Of a DNA stretch of 64,000 bases, positions 1 through 12,824 are shown in pieces; position 1 is the stretch's first letter, and every line of letters begins with the position of its first letter. Made by a program: the position numbers and the translations under genes. The stretch lies in the NCBI RefSeq assembly GCF_021246445.1, contig NZ_JAJQXW010000003.1, positions 248,001 to 312,000 on the forward strand, read 5' to 3'. The stretch comes from Rhabdothermincola salaria (GTDB lineage: Bacteria > Actinomycetota > Acidimicrobiia > Acidimicrobiales > Acidimicrobilacustridaceae). The notes under the pieces were generated by a model. The model was not told the origin of the DNA. It ran no database searches and saw only the letters and a list, made by a program, of their open reading frames with translations.

Positions 1-1860
<1,860 letters not shown>

Positions 1861-1863
1861 GGA

Positions 1864-3501
1864 TCAGGCCTCTTCCTCGCGCCGGACCTCGGTCTCGGGC
1901 AGCGTGGCTTCGGCGAGTCCGCCGGCTCGGGCCAGCTCGGCCTCGCCCTGGTCCTCGGCGTCGGGGATGGTGCCGCCGCCGGGGGTGCTGGCGGCGAACT
2001 CGGCCTTGAAGGCGGCGACGGCGTCGTCGAGGCCGGCGGGCATGTCGCCCGTGGTGCGGATGTCGTCGAGCAGGGCGCCGTAGCGTCCCCGCATGAAGTC
2101 GAGGAGGTCGGCTTCGAACCGCTTGACGTCGGCGACGGGGATGTCGTCGAGGTAGCCGGTGGTGCCGGCGTGGATGACGACCACCTGCTCCTCGACCGGC
2201 ATCGGCGAGTTGAGGCCCTGCTTGAGCAGCTCGGTGAGGCGGTAGCCCCGCTCGAGCTGGGCGGCCGAGATCTTGTCGAGCTCGGAACCGAAGGTGGCGA
2301 ACGCCTCCAGCTCGCGGAACTGGGCCAGGTCGAGCTTGAGGGTGCCGGACACCTTCTTCATGGCCTTGATCTGGGCGGCGCTGCCCACGCGGGACACCGA
2401 GATGCCCACGTCGACGGCGGGCCGCACACCGGCCTTGAACAGGTCGTCCTGGAGGTACACCTGGCCGTCGGTGATGGAGATCACGTTGGTGGGGATGTAG
2501 GCCGAGACGTCGCCGGCCTTGGTCTCGATGACCGGCAGGGCGGTCATCGAACCGGCCCCGAGGTCGTCGGAGAGCTTGGCGGCACGCTCGAGCAGGCGGC
2601 TGTGCAGGTAGAACACGTCGCCGGGATAGGCCTCACGGCCCGGCGGGCGACGCAGCAGCAGTGAGAGCTGACGGTAGGCCTCGGCCTGCTTGGACAGGTC
2701 GTCGTAGACGATGAGGCTGTGCTCGCCGTTGTCCATCCAGTGCTGGCCGATGGCGCAGCCGCCGTAGGGGGCGAGGTACTTGAAGGGGGCGGGGTCGGAG
2801 GCCGGGGCCACCACCACGACGGTGTAGTCCATGGCGCCGTGCTCGGTGAGGGTGTTCACCGTCTGGGCGACGGTGGACGCCTTCTGGCCGATGGCGACGT
2901 AGATGCACTTCACCCCCAGACCCTTCTGGTTGAGGATCGTGTCGACGCACACCGTGGTCTTGCCGGTCTTGCGGTCGCCGATGACGAGCTCGCGCTGGCC
3001 TCGACCGATGGGGGTCATGGCGTCGATGGACTTGATGCCGGTCTGCAGCGGCTCGTGCACCGGCTTGCGCCCGGTGATGCCGGGGGCCTGCACCTCCATG
3101 CGGCGCATCTGGGCGCCGACGATGGGGCCCTTGCCGTCGATCGGCACACCGAGGGCGTTGACGACCCGGCCCAGCAGGGCGTCACCGACGGGCACCGAGA
3201 GGATGCGGCCGGTGGCCTTGACGGCGGCGCCTTCCTCCACGCCGGCCGCGGACTCGGCGTCGCCGAGCACCACCGCACCGATGGAGTCCTCGTCGAGGTT
3301 CAAGGCGAGGCCCACGGTGCCGCCCTCGAACTCGAGCAGCTCGTTGACGCCCACGTCGGGCAGGCCCGAGACGCGGGCGATGCCGTCACCGACCTCGAGG
3401 ACCCGCCCGACCTGGGTGGCCTCGAGCGAGGGAGTGAAGCCAGCCAGGTTCTTCTGGAGGGCGGCGGCGATGTCGCCGGTGTTGATGGTCAGTTCAGCCA
3501 T
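1864..3501 (-). CDS. atpA: ATP synthase subunit alpha
   Basis: [48 protein letters not shown]. Confidence 0.98.
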   Translation of the reverse strand: MAELTINTGDIAAALQKNLAGFTPSLEATQVGRVLEVGDGIARVSGLPDVGVNELLEFEGGTVGLALNLDEDSIGAVVLGDAESAAGVEEGAAVKATGRILSVPVGDALLGRVVNALGVPIDGKGPIVGAQMRRMEVQAPGITGRKPVHEPLQTGIKSIDAMTPIGRGQRELVIGDRKTGKTTVCVDTILNQKGLGVKCIYVAIGQKASTVAQTVNTLTEHGAMDYTVVVVAPASDPAPFKYLAPYGGCAIGQHWMDNGEHSLIVYDDLSKQAEAYRQLSLLLRRPPGREAYPGDVFYLHSRLLERAAKLSDDLGAGSMTALPVIETKAGDVSAYIPTNVISITDGQVYLQDDLFKAGVRPAVDVGISVSRVGSAAQIKAMKKVSGTLKLDLAQFRELEAFATFGSELDKISAAQLERGYRLTELLKQGLNSPMPVEEQVVVIHAGTTGYLDDIPVADVKRFEADLLDFMRGRYGALLDDIRTTGDMPAGLDDAVAAFKAEFAASTPGGGTIPDAEDQGEAELARAGGLAEATLPETEVRREEEA

Positions 3502-3521
3502 TGCGTCTTCCTTCGAAGCGT

Positions 3522-4046
3522 TCAGAACGACTCACGGAGCTGGGACAAGCGCTGGCGCACGGAGCCGTCGATGACCGTGTCGCCGATCTGGGTGACGAGG
3601 CCACCGAGGACCTCGGGGTCGATGATCACCACGATGTCGACCTCCTTGCCGATGCTCTTGGCGAGCGCCTCGGCCAGGCGGGCCTTCTGGTCCTCGGTGA
3701 GGGGGACCGCCGAGCGGACCTGGGCGATGACCCGGCTGTCGGTGGCCGCGGTGCGGTCGAGCAGCCGACCGACGATGTCGGTGAGGCTGTGGACCCGACC
3801 GGTGGCCACCGTGAGGGCGACCAGGGCGGTGGTGGTGGGGGTGGCCTTGCCGCCGAGGAGGTCCTCGACGATCTGCTGGCGCCGCTCCACCGGGAGGTGG
3901 ACGTCCGAGAGGGTGGTGCGCAGCTCGTCGTTGCCTTCGAGGATGCGAGCGAAGCGGAACAGCTCGTCGGTGACCTCGTTGCTGCTGCCCTCGGCCAGGA
4001 GGATGTTGTGGAACGCCTGGGCGTAGTAGTCGATGCGGTCGCTCAT
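3522..4046 (-). CDS. atpH: ATP synthase subunit delta (stand-alone)
   Basis: ATG 4046 ([12 protein letters not shown]...) overlaps the atpF stop; C-terminal [26 protein letters not shown] motif. Confidence 0.93.
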   Translation of the reverse strand: MSDRIDYYAQAFHNILLAEGSSNEVTDELFRFARILEGNDELRTTLSDVHLPVERRQQIVEDLLGGKATPTTTALVALTVATGRVHSLTDIVGRLLDRTAATDSRVIAQVRSAVPLTEDQKARLAEALAKSIGKEVDIVVIIDPEVLGGLVTQIGDTVIDGSVRQRLSQLRESF

Positions 4047-4579
4047 GACTGGGCCCCCACCCGGGTGATGTAGCCGTCGATGAGCTCGCTGCGGGTGGCG
4101 TCGTCGAGGGTGTTGACCACGACGGCCTCGGCGGCACCGAGGGCCAGTACGCCGATCTCGGACTGCAGGTCGCTGGTGGCCTGGGCCTTGGACGACTCGA
4201 TGTCGGCGCCGCCCCGGGCGCGGACCTCGGCGGCGTCGGTCGACGCCCGCTCGATGAGCTGGGCCTTGACGGCCTGGGCCGTCTCGGTGGCCTCGGCGAG
4301 GATGCGGGCCCGCTCGTTGTCGGCATCCGCGATGCTGGCCTCGACCTGGGTGAGCTTGGCCTCGGCGCTGGTCCGGGCGGTCTCGGCGGTCTCGAGGTCG
4401 GTGCGGATCCGGTCGATGCGATCGTTCCACATCGTCTTGATGGCCGGACCGCCCTTCCAGACGATGAGGCCCACCACGATGAAGAAGGCGAGGGAACCCC
4501 AGAAGACCTCTTCGATCTTGTGGGGGAGGATGAAGCCGTTCTCCGCATCTGCGGCAGCGATGACCATTCGGGTCAACAT
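4043..4579 (-). CDS. atpF: ATP synthase subunit b
   Basis: Single N-terminal TM helix, then long Ala/Glu coiled coil; between atpE and atpH. Confidence 0.9.
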   Translation of the reverse strand: MLTRMVIAAADAENGFILPHKIEEVFWGSLAFFIVVGLIVWKGGPAIKTMWNDRIDRIRTDLETAETARTSAEAKLTQVEASIADADNERARILAEATETAQAVKAQLIERASTDAAEVRARGGADIESSKAQATSDLQSEIGVLALGAAEAVVVNTLDDATRSELIDGYITRVGAQS

Positions 4580-4603
4580 GTGCGTCTCCTGTCGGGTCCG
4601 GCG

Positions 4604-5164
4604 CTAGTTCTGCGCGCCGGCGCGGTTGACGTAGTCCTCGACCACCTGCGTCTGCGCAGCGCGGTCGATGGGCTTTTGCACGACGGCCTCGGCGGCGCCG
4701 ACAGCCATGTCGGCCAGGCTGCCGGAGAGCTCGGCCCGAGCCCGGGCCTTGGCCGCGGCGATCTCCTCGGCGGCGGCGGCTCGTTGGGCGGCCACGTCGG
4801 CCTCGGCGGCGGCCACGGCTTCGCGCCGCTGCGCCTCGCCCTCGGCCCGGCCGTCCTCGATGAGGCGGACGGCTTCGGCTCGGGCACCGGCCAGGCCGGC
4901 CTCGTACTGCTCGAGCTTGGTGACCCGTTCGACCTCGGCGCGCTCGGCGGCCTGGTGGTCGTCGCGGACCTTGGCGTCGCGATCGTTCATGGTGCGCAGG
5001 ATCGGCGGGAGCAGGACGAACTTCATGAGCGCCCACAGCGCGAGGAAGAAGAGCGCCGCCCAGAACATCTCGCTGATCTCGGGCAGGATCGGGTTCTTGG
5101 TCTCCTCGGCGACCGCGTCACCAGCTTCGGCGGCGGCGGCGAGGACCGTGCTCAGCAGGACCAC
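4604..5164 (-). CDS. atpF: ATP synthase subunit b' (second b-type subunit)
   Basis: NPILP...FWAALFFLALWALMKFVLLPPI TM helix followed by coiled coil. Confidence 0.88.
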   Translation of the reverse strand: MVLLSTVLAAAAEAGDAVAEETKNPILPEISEMFWAALFFLALWALMKFVLLPPILRTMNDRDAKVRDDHQAAERAEVERVTKLEQYEAGLAGARAEAVRLIEDGRAEGEAQRREAVAAAEADVAAQRAAAAEEIAAAKARARAELSGSLADMAVGAAEAVVQKPIDRAAQTQVVEDYVNRAGAQN

Positions 5165-5229
5165 TCAGGGTCTCCTTGCGTGTGCGGGTTGGAAGGGATC
5201 GGACGAGGACGTCGTCGCGTCGGGTGGGT

Positions 5230-5257
5230 CACCGGCCGCCCCGTGAGGCGGCCGGTG
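5230..5257. terminator. Stem-loop between atpE and atpF' (mRNA stability or partial termination)
   Basis: CACCGGCCGCC-ccgtga-GGCGGCCGGTG, 11-bp perfect stem. Confidence 0.6.
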
Positions 5258-5272
5258 CGCAACCCCGACGGA

Positions 5273-6394
<1,122 letters not shown>

Positions 6395-6398
<4 letters not shown>

Positions 6399-6856
6399 GG
6401 GGCGGACGACTCCTTCGAGGCGGGGCTGGGCCCGGGCTTGAGGCCGGGGAAGGCCAGCGACGCCGAGACGTAGCGGGTCTCCCAGAGCAAGAGGCCGAGG
6501 TGGGTGATGATGATGGTGATGCCGAGCGGCACCAGGTCGACCCACGACGCGTCGACCACGAACCAGACGGCGGCGAACACGAGCGTGAGGCGGATCAGGA
6601 AACCGAACAGCGCGGCGAACATGAGCAGCGCCGGGGAGATGCGGGCCGCGTAGGAGAGCATGGCGGCGGCCAGGGTGAAGTTCACCAGCACGATCGCCAG
6701 CCCGTAGAGGGTGGACACGGCACCGTCGAGACCCCAGATGAGGCCGAACACGAGCACCAGCGCTGGGCCCACCATGGCCGCCCGCTTCAGCATGTCGCGG
6801 GCGATGACCCCTTCGGGGGCCGGCCCGTCGACCGCGGAGGCGGGCTGCTCGAGCAT
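6395..6856 (-). CDS. atpI: ATP synthase protein I (4-TM)
   Basis: Hydrophobic 4-TM ORF directly upstream of atpB; ATG coupled (TGATG) to the upstream stop. Confidence 0.8.
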
Positions 6857-7101
6857 CACTTGGCCCACGGTCCGGCCGCCTCGTGGGCTTCCATCTCGGT
6901 GCGGTAGCCGAAGTAGAGCTTGGTCACGGCGCCGGCCAGGCCCACCACGGCGAAAACGACGGTGAGCAGCGGGACGATGCCGAAGAGGCGATCGAGCCCG
7001 TAGCCCACGAGCGCGAGGAGCACCGGCGAGAGAGCGAGCTCCCAGCCACCGGCCTGCTTGTACATGTGTTGTGAGACTTCGCGCCGTTGCGAAACGTCCA
7101 C
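6856..7101 (-). CDS. AtpZ/AtpI-family 2-TM protein (start approximate)
   Basis: LVGYGLDRLFGIVPLLTVVFAVVGLAG matches the G..LD..fgt.P pattern; first gene of the atp operon. Confidence 0.75.
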   Translation of the reverse strand: MDVSQRREVSQHMYKQAGGWELALSPVLLALVGYGLDRLFGIVPLLTVVFAVVGLAGAVTKLYFGYRTEMEAHEAAGPWAK

Positions 7102-7179
7102 CGACGTGACCTGTCGTTCGTCGCCGCCGGTGCGATCCACCGGCGGGCTGGCTGGGTCCCCCGAAGCGTTCCCGGGGGC

Positions 7180-7225
7180 TTGTGAAGCGTTTCGCAAACT
7201 AGTTGGGGGCCCGCCGAGCCCGCAA
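7180..7225 (-). promoter_or_regulatory. atp operon promoter with overlapping Rex-type operator
   Basis: TTGTGAA-GCGT-TTCGCAA at 7180-7197 (1 mismatch to TTGTGAA-N4-TTCACAA); minus-strand -35 TTGCGG (7225-7220), 18 nt, -10 TAGTTT (7201-7196). Confidence 0.65.
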
Positions 7226-7227
7226 CT

Positions 7228-8493
7228 TCAGTGGGCGCCACCGTCGCGGGGAGCGGGGTCGGCCGGCGTCGACCTCGGCCGGTGGGCGAAGGGACCCACC
7301 ACCGGCTGGTCGTCGTCGGGGTGCTGCCGGTCGCCGTCGGTCGTCGGTTCGGGCCCCTCGTCGGTCGCCGGAGCATCGGTGCCGGCACCTGCTCGACGGC
7401 GACCCCGGGCCACGGGGTGCAAGATGGTGAAGAGGGACAGCAAGATGGCGGCGATGCCGATGGGGACGATGGCATCGCCGGTGCCGGTGTAGGTGGGATA
7501 GAGCACGAAGCCCGAGAGCAGCGCCGTCCACGCCCACAGGATGAACACGCTGCGGCGGTGCCCGTGGCCCAGGCGCATGAGGCGATGGTGGAGGTGGCCC
7601 TTGTCGGCCTCGGCGATGCCCGAGCGCTTCGTGGCTCGGCGAACGATGGCGTAGAGCGTGTCGAGCACGGGCACCCCGAGGATGACCAGCGGGATGAGCA
7701 GCGGAGCGAAGAAGAAGAACGACTGGCCGCTGAACTGCTGGTCGATGCGCCCGCCGACCACCATCGTCGACGCCGCCAGCAACAGCCCGAGGAGGAGCGC
7801 GCCGCCGTCGCCCATGAAGATCCGCGCCGGGTGGACGTTGTGGGGGAGGAAGCCGACGCACATGCCCAGGACGAGCACGGCGATCAGCGGGCCGATGTTG
7901 CCGTCGGGCAACAGGCCCTGATCGCTGAGCTGCAGGGAGTACAGGAAGAAGCTGCCGGCGGCGATGGCCACGATGCCGCCGGCGAGCCCGTCGAGGCCGT
8001 CGATCAGGTTGATGGCGTTGGCCATGCCCACGACCCAGAGCACCGACAGCAGGTAGGACCAGTCGGTGGACAGCACGAAGACCCCGAGGAACGGGATGCG
8101 CAGCACCAAGATGGCGATGCCGGAGATGACCAGCACGCTGGCCGGCAGCACCATGCCCGCCAGCTTGGCCGGCGCCGACACCTCACGGAGGTCGTCGACC
8201 ACCCCGACGACGAGCATGATCACTGCGGCGAGCACCAACCCGACCGGCTCGGTGCTGGCCCGGAACACGGTCGCGAAGTCGCCCATCGCCCAGGCCGTGC
8301 CCATCCCCACCAGCAGGCCCACCAGCATGGCCACACCACCGAGGGTGGGCGTCGGGCGGTCGTGCACCCTCCGCTCGTCGGGGCGCACGACGGCGCCGAT
8401 GCGCACGGCCACGCGCCGGACCACGAAGAGGGACGCGAAGGTGGTGACGGCCACGACGGCCAGCACCACCAGGTACGCGTCGAGCTCGGGCAC
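7228..8493 (-). CDS. wecA: MraY/WecA-family undecaprenyl-phosphate GlcNAc-1-phosphate transferase
   Basis: PTLGG, GVVDD, NAINLIDGLDGLA, IFMGDGG, ADKGHLHHRL. Confidence 0.88.
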   Translation of the reverse strand: MPELDAYLVVLAVVAVTTFASLFVVRRVAVRIGAVVRPDERRVHDRPTPTLGGVAMLVGLLVGMGTAWAMGDFATVFRASTEPVGLVLAAVIMLVVGVVDDLREVSAPAKLAGMVLPASVLVISGIAILVLRIPFLGVFVLSTDWSYLLSVLWVVGMANAINLIDGLDGLAGGIVAIAAGSFFLYSLQLSDQGLLPDGNIGPLIAVLVLGMCVGFLPHNVHPARIFMGDGGALLLGLLLAASTMVVGGRIDQQFSGQSFFFFAPLLIPLVILGVPVLDTLYAIVRRATKRSGIAEADKGHLHHRLMRLGHGHRRSVFILWAWTALLSGFVLYPTYTGTGDAIVPIGIAAILLSLFTILHPVARGRRRAGAGTDAPATDEGPEPTTDGDRQHPDDDQPVVGPFAHRPRSTPADPAPRDGGAH

Positions 8494-8513
8494 GAGTCAG
8501 ACGACCGGCCGGC

Positions 8514-9752
8514 TCAGCTGTAGGGCGTGAACTTGGAGCACAGCGTGGCCACGTCGTCCCGCACGGCGGCCAGCTCGGCATCGTCGCCCCTGTGGCGCAG
8601 GGCCCGGGCGATGAGCCCGGCGATCTGGGCCATCTCGGGCTCGGTCATGCCCTGGGTCGTGACCGCCGGCGTGCCGATGCGCACCCCGCTGGTGACGAAC
8701 GGGGAGCGGGGGTCGTTCGGTACGGTGTTCTTGTTGAGGGTGATGCCGGCCTGGTCGAGCGACGCCTGGGCCTCCTTGCCCGTGAGGTCGGCGTCGAAGG
8801 TGCGCAGGTCGACGAGCAGGAGGTGGTTGTCGGTGCCGCCCGAGACCAGGCGGAAGCCCTCGGCCGCCAGCGCCGCGGAGAGCGCCTGGGCGTTGCGCAC
8901 GATCTGCGCCGCATAGGTCCCGAACTCTGGTTGCGAGGCCTCGCGGAAGGCCACGGCCTTGGCGGCGATGGCGTGCTCGAGGGGGCCGCCCTGCAGACCC
9001 GGGAACATCGCCTTGTCGATGGCGGCGGCGTGTTCGGCCGTGCTCAGGATGCAGCCCCCACGGGGGCCTCGGAGGGTCTTGTGGGTGGTGAAGGTGACCA
9101 CGTCGCAGTAGGGCACCGGATTGGGGTGCGCCCCGCCGGCGATGAGCCCGGCGATGTGGGCGGCGTCGAACATCAACAGCGCGCCGACCTCGTCGGCGAT
9201 GGTGCGCAGCGGCTCGGGATCGATGATGCGCGGGTAGGCGGTGGCCCCGGCGATGATCATCTTGGGGCGGGCCTCGACGGCGAGGTCGCGCATCTGGTCG
9301 TAGTCGAGGCGCTCGTCCGAGGGGGTGACGCCGTAGGCCACGAAGTCGTAGAAGCGGCCCGAGATGTTGACCGGCGAGCCGTGGGTGAGGTGGCCGCCGT
9401 GGTCGAGGCTCAGGCCCATGACGGTGTCGCCGGCCTCGAGCAGGGCCAGGTAGACGCCGAGGTTGGCGTTGGCCCCCGAGTGGGGCTGGACGTTGGCGTG
9501 GTCGGCGCCGAAGAGGGCCTTGACCCGATCGCGGGCCAGGTCCTCGACCTCGTCGACCACCAGGTTGCCGCCGTAGTACCGCTTGCCCGGGTACCCCTCG
9601 CTGTACTTGTTGGTGAGCACCGAACCGGTGGCCCGCATCACCGCAGGAGAGGTGAAGTTCTCCGAGGCGATGAGCTGCAGCGTGGTGTTCTGGCGTTCGA
9701 CCTCGGCGTCGATGAGGTCGAACAGTTCACGGTCGTCGTCGGCAGGCCACAT
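8514..9752 (-). CDS. glyA: Serine hydroxymethyltransferase
   Basis: [41 protein letters not shown]. Confidence 0.97.
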   Translation of the reverse strand: MWPADDDRELFDLIDAEVERQNTTLQLIASENFTSPAVMRATGSVLTNKYSEGYPGKRYYGGNLVVDEVEDLARDRVKALFGADHANVQPHSGANANLGVYLALLEAGDTVMGLSLDHGGHLTHGSPVNISGRFYDFVAYGVTPSDERLDYDQMRDLAVEARPKMIIAGATAYPRIIDPEPLRTIADEVGALLMFDAAHIAGLIAGGAHPNPVPYCDVVTFTTHKTLRGPRGGCILSTAEHAAAIDKAMFPGLQGGPLEHAIAAKAVAFREASQPEFGTYAAQIVRNAQALSAALAAEGFRLVSGGTDNHLLLVDLRTFDADLTGKEAQASLDQAGITLNKNTVPNDPRSPFVTSGVRIGTPAVTTQGMTEPEMAQIAGLIARALRHRGDDAELAAVRDDVATLCSKFTPYS

Positions 9753-9794
9753 GGGCACGAGCTCCTGGTTGGGGGTGCGCTCGCAGGCGCAGGG

Positions 9795-10385
9795 TCACGA
9801 GGGGTGGGCGGAACCGAAGTCGAGCGACAACGACTCGAGCGCCGGCGGATCGAGCAGCGAGGCCAGCGCCAGCGCCAGCGACTCGAGCTCGACGGCGGTA
9901 CGGGCGTACTGGGATCGGGGTCCGCCGATGGGGTCGGCGACGTCGTCGTCGGGGTCGGCGCGCAGGTAGGTGGCCGCGGTGCGACCGCGCCCGACCGCCG
10001 CCAGCCAGTCCGCCAGCGACTCGCCCTCGGCGCGGGGACCGACCTCTCGACCCCGGCGCACGAGCTCTTTGATGGTGAAGGTGCGTCCGAATGCGGCGGG
10101 CACCAGCCCGGCGACCTCCCGCACGTGCTCGCGAGCGAGAGCCAGCACGAGGTCGGCCCGCTCCACCAGATCGGTGTCGATGACCCGGGACCGGTGCCCG
10201 CTGAGGTCGAGGCCTCGGTCGGCGACCTCGCTCGCCGAGTGGGCCGAGGCGGCGTGCCCGGGCTCCCACACACCGGCAGAGTGGACGCGTGCGTCGACGC
10301 CACGGGCGCGCAGCGCGGCGTCGAGCATGACCTCGAGCATGGGGGAACGGCACACGTTGCCGGTGCAGACACAGAGGACGTCGAT
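9795..10385 (-). CDS. Low-molecular-weight protein Tyr/Arg phosphatase (start either ATC 10385 or ATG 10436)
   Basis: VCTGNVCRS P-loop, ADLVLAL, DVADPIGG. Confidence 0.85.
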   Translation of the reverse strand: MDVLCVCTGNVCRSPMLEVMLDAALRARGVDARVHSAGVWEPGHAASAHSASEVADRGLDLSGHRSRVIDTDLVERADLVLALAREHVREVAGLVPAAFGRTFTIKELVRRGREVGPRAEGESLADWLAAVGRGRTAATYLRADPDDDVADPIGGPRSQYARTAVELESLALALASLLDPPALESLSLDFGSAHPS

Positions 10386-10477
10386 GAGGGCGATTGTAGG
10401 CCCGGCCCCCCTGGTCGTTCCCTCTCGGACACCCATCCGACGGCACCGGCGCGCCTTTCGAGGTGGGACCCGGGGCG

Positions 10478-10906
10478 TCAGCGGGCGCGGTTGGCCCGGA
10501 TCCGGGCGGCCAGCAGCGCGTTGACCCGCTCCCCCGCCTTGGGCATCTCGTCGAGCAGGGTGCGGAACCGCTTCGTGTCGAAGGCCAACATCCGCATCGG
10601 GGTGTCGGCCACCACCGTCGCCGCTCTCGGGCGGTGCTCGAGCAGCGCCATCTCGCCCACCATGGTGCCCGGACCCACCGTGGCGACGAAGTCGTCGCCC
10701 ACGTACACGCTGGCCTGGCCGTCGACGATGACGAAGCACTCCTGGCCCACCCGGCCCTGCTCGGTCAGCAGAGCGCCGCTCTCGGCCTGCAGGTCGTCGG
10801 CCAGCCGGGACACCCGGTCGAGCTCGTCCTCGGAGAAGCCGGCGAAGAACTCGACCCCTCGCAACCGTGCCGCCCCGTCCACGGCTCGTTCCCGTCGTCG
10901 CACCAC
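10478..10906 (-). CDS. Stand-alone cyclic nucleotide-binding domain protein
   Basis: FAGFSEDEL...EQGRVGQECFVIVDG...GEMALLEHRPRAATVVA cNMP signature; no HTH. Confidence 0.85.
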   Translation of the reverse strand: MVRRRERAVDGAARLRGVEFFAGFSEDELDRVSRLADDLQAESGALLTEQGRVGQECFVIVDGQASVYVGDDFVATVGPGTMVGEMALLEHRPRAATVVADTPMRMLAFDTKRFRTLLDEMPKAGERVNALLAARIRANRAR

Positions 10907-11054
10907 CCGCGCCCCCCGGCTCGTGCCCGCTGACCCTGCCGTCAGCGACCGGGGCCGATCGTAGGCGCGCCCGGGGTCGCACGGGCTGGGATCCCGGGCC
11001 GCGGCGGTGCCGAGCCCACGAGCGCTCCCGGACGCAGCACTAGCCTCGCCCCCC

Positions 11055-11957
11055 ATGGTCTCCGAGCTCTTCGACCCCCAGGCCTGGCGGCCCGTCAACG
11101 GCTTCGAGGGCCTCACCGACATCACCTACCACCGTGCCGTCGGGCACGGCACGGTGCGAGTGGCCTTCGACCGACCCGAGATCCGCAACGCCTTCCGCCC
11201 CCACACCGTCGACGAGCTCTACCGGGTGCTCGACCACGCCCGTCAGAGCACCGACGTGGGCTGTGTGCTGCTGACCGGCAACGGCCCCTCCCCCCGCGAC
11301 GGCGGCTGGGCGTTCTGCTCGGGTGGCGACCAGCGCATCCGGGGTCGCGACGGCTACAGGTACGCCGAGGGCGAGACCGCCGAGTCCATCGACCCCGGGC
11401 GGGCCGGACGCCTCCACATCCTCGAGGTGCAGCGCCTCATCCGCACCATGCCCAAGGTCGTGGTCTGCGTCGTGCCCGGCTGGGCCGCCGGCGGCGGCCA
11501 CTCGCTGCACGTGGTCTGCGACCTCACCCTGGCCAGCGCCGAGCACGCCCGCTTCAAACAGACCGACGCCGACGTGGCCAGCTTCGACGGGGGCTACGGG
11601 TCCGCCTACCTGGCCCGCCAGGTGGGCCAGAAGTTCGCCCGGGAGATCTTCTTCCTCGGCCGCGAGTACACGGCCGACCAGATGCACCGGATGGGTGCCG
11701 TCAACGAGGTGGTCCCCCACACCGAGCTCGAAGCCACCGCGCTGGAGTGGGGGCGCATGATCAACGCCAAGAGCCCCACCGCGCAGCGCATGTTGAAGTT
11801 CGCCTTCAACCTCGTCGACGACGGCCTCATGGGCCAGCAGGTCTTCGCCGGTGAGGCCACCCGGCTGGCGTACGGGACCGACGAGGCCGCCGAGGGCCGC
11901 GACAGCTTCCTCGAGAAGCGCGACCCCGACTGGTCCTCGTTCCCCTGGATGTACTGA
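11055..11957 (+). CDS. menB: 1,4-dihydroxy-2-naphthoyl-CoA synthase
   Basis: RNAFRPHTVDEL, FCSGGDQRIRG, GWAAGGGHSLHVVCDLT, SFDGGYGS. Confidence 0.95.
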   Translation: MVSELFDPQAWRPVNGFEGLTDITYHRAVGHGTVRVAFDRPEIRNAFRPHTVDELYRVLDHARQSTDVGCVLLTGNGPSPRDGGWAFCSGGDQRIRGRDGYRYAEGETAESIDPGRAGRLHILEVQRLIRTMPKVVVCVVPGWAAGGGHSLHVVCDLTLASAEHARFKQTDADVASFDGGYGSAYLARQVGQKFAREIFFLGREYTADQMHRMGAVNEVVPHTELEATALEWGRMINAKSPTAQRMLKFAFNLVDDGLMGQQVFAGEATRLAYGTDEAAEGRDSFLEKRDPDWSSFPWMY

Positions 11958-12025
11958 TGGCGCTCGCCGGGCGGGAATCTCTGATCTTGCTCACGTCGGG
12001 GCCTCGACCGGCCGACCATTGAGCC

Positions 12026-12781
12026 ATGGCGACGACGAAGGTGCGCTGCCCCGCCTGCGGGGCCAAGAACGACGGCGAGGCCCGCAAGTGCCGCATCTGC
12101 GGCCAGGACCTGCGCGAGACCTCGGAGCGGCCTCTCACCATGCCCCAGCCGGGCAGCGAGGTCATGCGCAGCGCCCGGCTGTCGGGCCTGGTCCTCATCG
12201 CCGTGTTCGCCGTCGTCGGACTCGGGGTGCTGGCCCTCGCCTTCGGTGTGGTCGAAGGGCCTCAGTGGCTGTCCGACGCCCGCAACAAGCTCCCGCTCGT
12301 CGGGCAGTCGCCGAGCGACGGCTGGACGTCGTTCGAGGAGCCCTCGGGTTCGTGGGAGGGCGAGCTGCCCGTCGACCGCACGGAGGAGTCCCTCGCCTTC
12401 CCCACCGCCGACACGGGCTCCGCCCGCCAGTGGATCTCCCGCCTGGGCGGCACGTCCACGACCCCCGACACCGAGCTCTCGATCCTGTGGACCACCGTGC
12501 CCGCACCCGAGGACGAGCAGATCGAGCAGTCACTGGCCTCGGCCGGTGAGGCCTGGGCCCAGCAGGTGGGCGGCCCGACGTCGAGCAACGAGGAGGCCAG
12601 CTTCCAGGGGCTCCCGGCTCGTCGGGTCACCATCACCGACCTGCGCCAGGGTGACGAACGGGCCACGGCCGAGGCCCTGTTGATCCGCCGGGGGGAGCAG
12701 CTCGTGATCCTGCAGAGCCGATCGATCTACCCGGACCATCCCCAGTTCTCCCGCCTGGTCAACGGGTTCACCTTCGTGTAG
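12026..12781 (+). CDS. Zinc-ribbon, single-TM membrane protein of unknown function
   Basis: CPACG...CRICG, one hydrophobic helix, then an extracytoplasmic domain. Confidence 0.7.
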   Translation: MATTKVRCPACGAKNDGEARKCRICGQDLRETSERPLTMPQPGSEVMRSARLSGLVLIAVFAVVGLGVLALAFGVVEGPQWLSDARNKLPLVGQSPSDGWTSFEEPSGSWEGELPVDRTEESLAFPTADTGSARQWISRLGGTSTTPDTELSILWTTVPAPEDEQIEQSLASAGEAWAQQVGGPTSSNEEASFQGLPARRVTITDLRQGDERATAEALLIRRGEQLVILQSRSIYPDHPQFSRLVNGFTFV

Positions 12782-12824
12782 GCGCGCCGGTCGGGCTGGC
12801 CGGCCGGCGTCGCCGGTTCGACGA

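Noticed and set aside
3522..5036. Mycobacterial-type b-delta fusion, suggested by the 504-aa ORF in the track
   Set aside because: The upstream part of that frame is non-coding in character. atpF ends at 4043 and atpH has its own coupled ATG at 4046 in a different frame.
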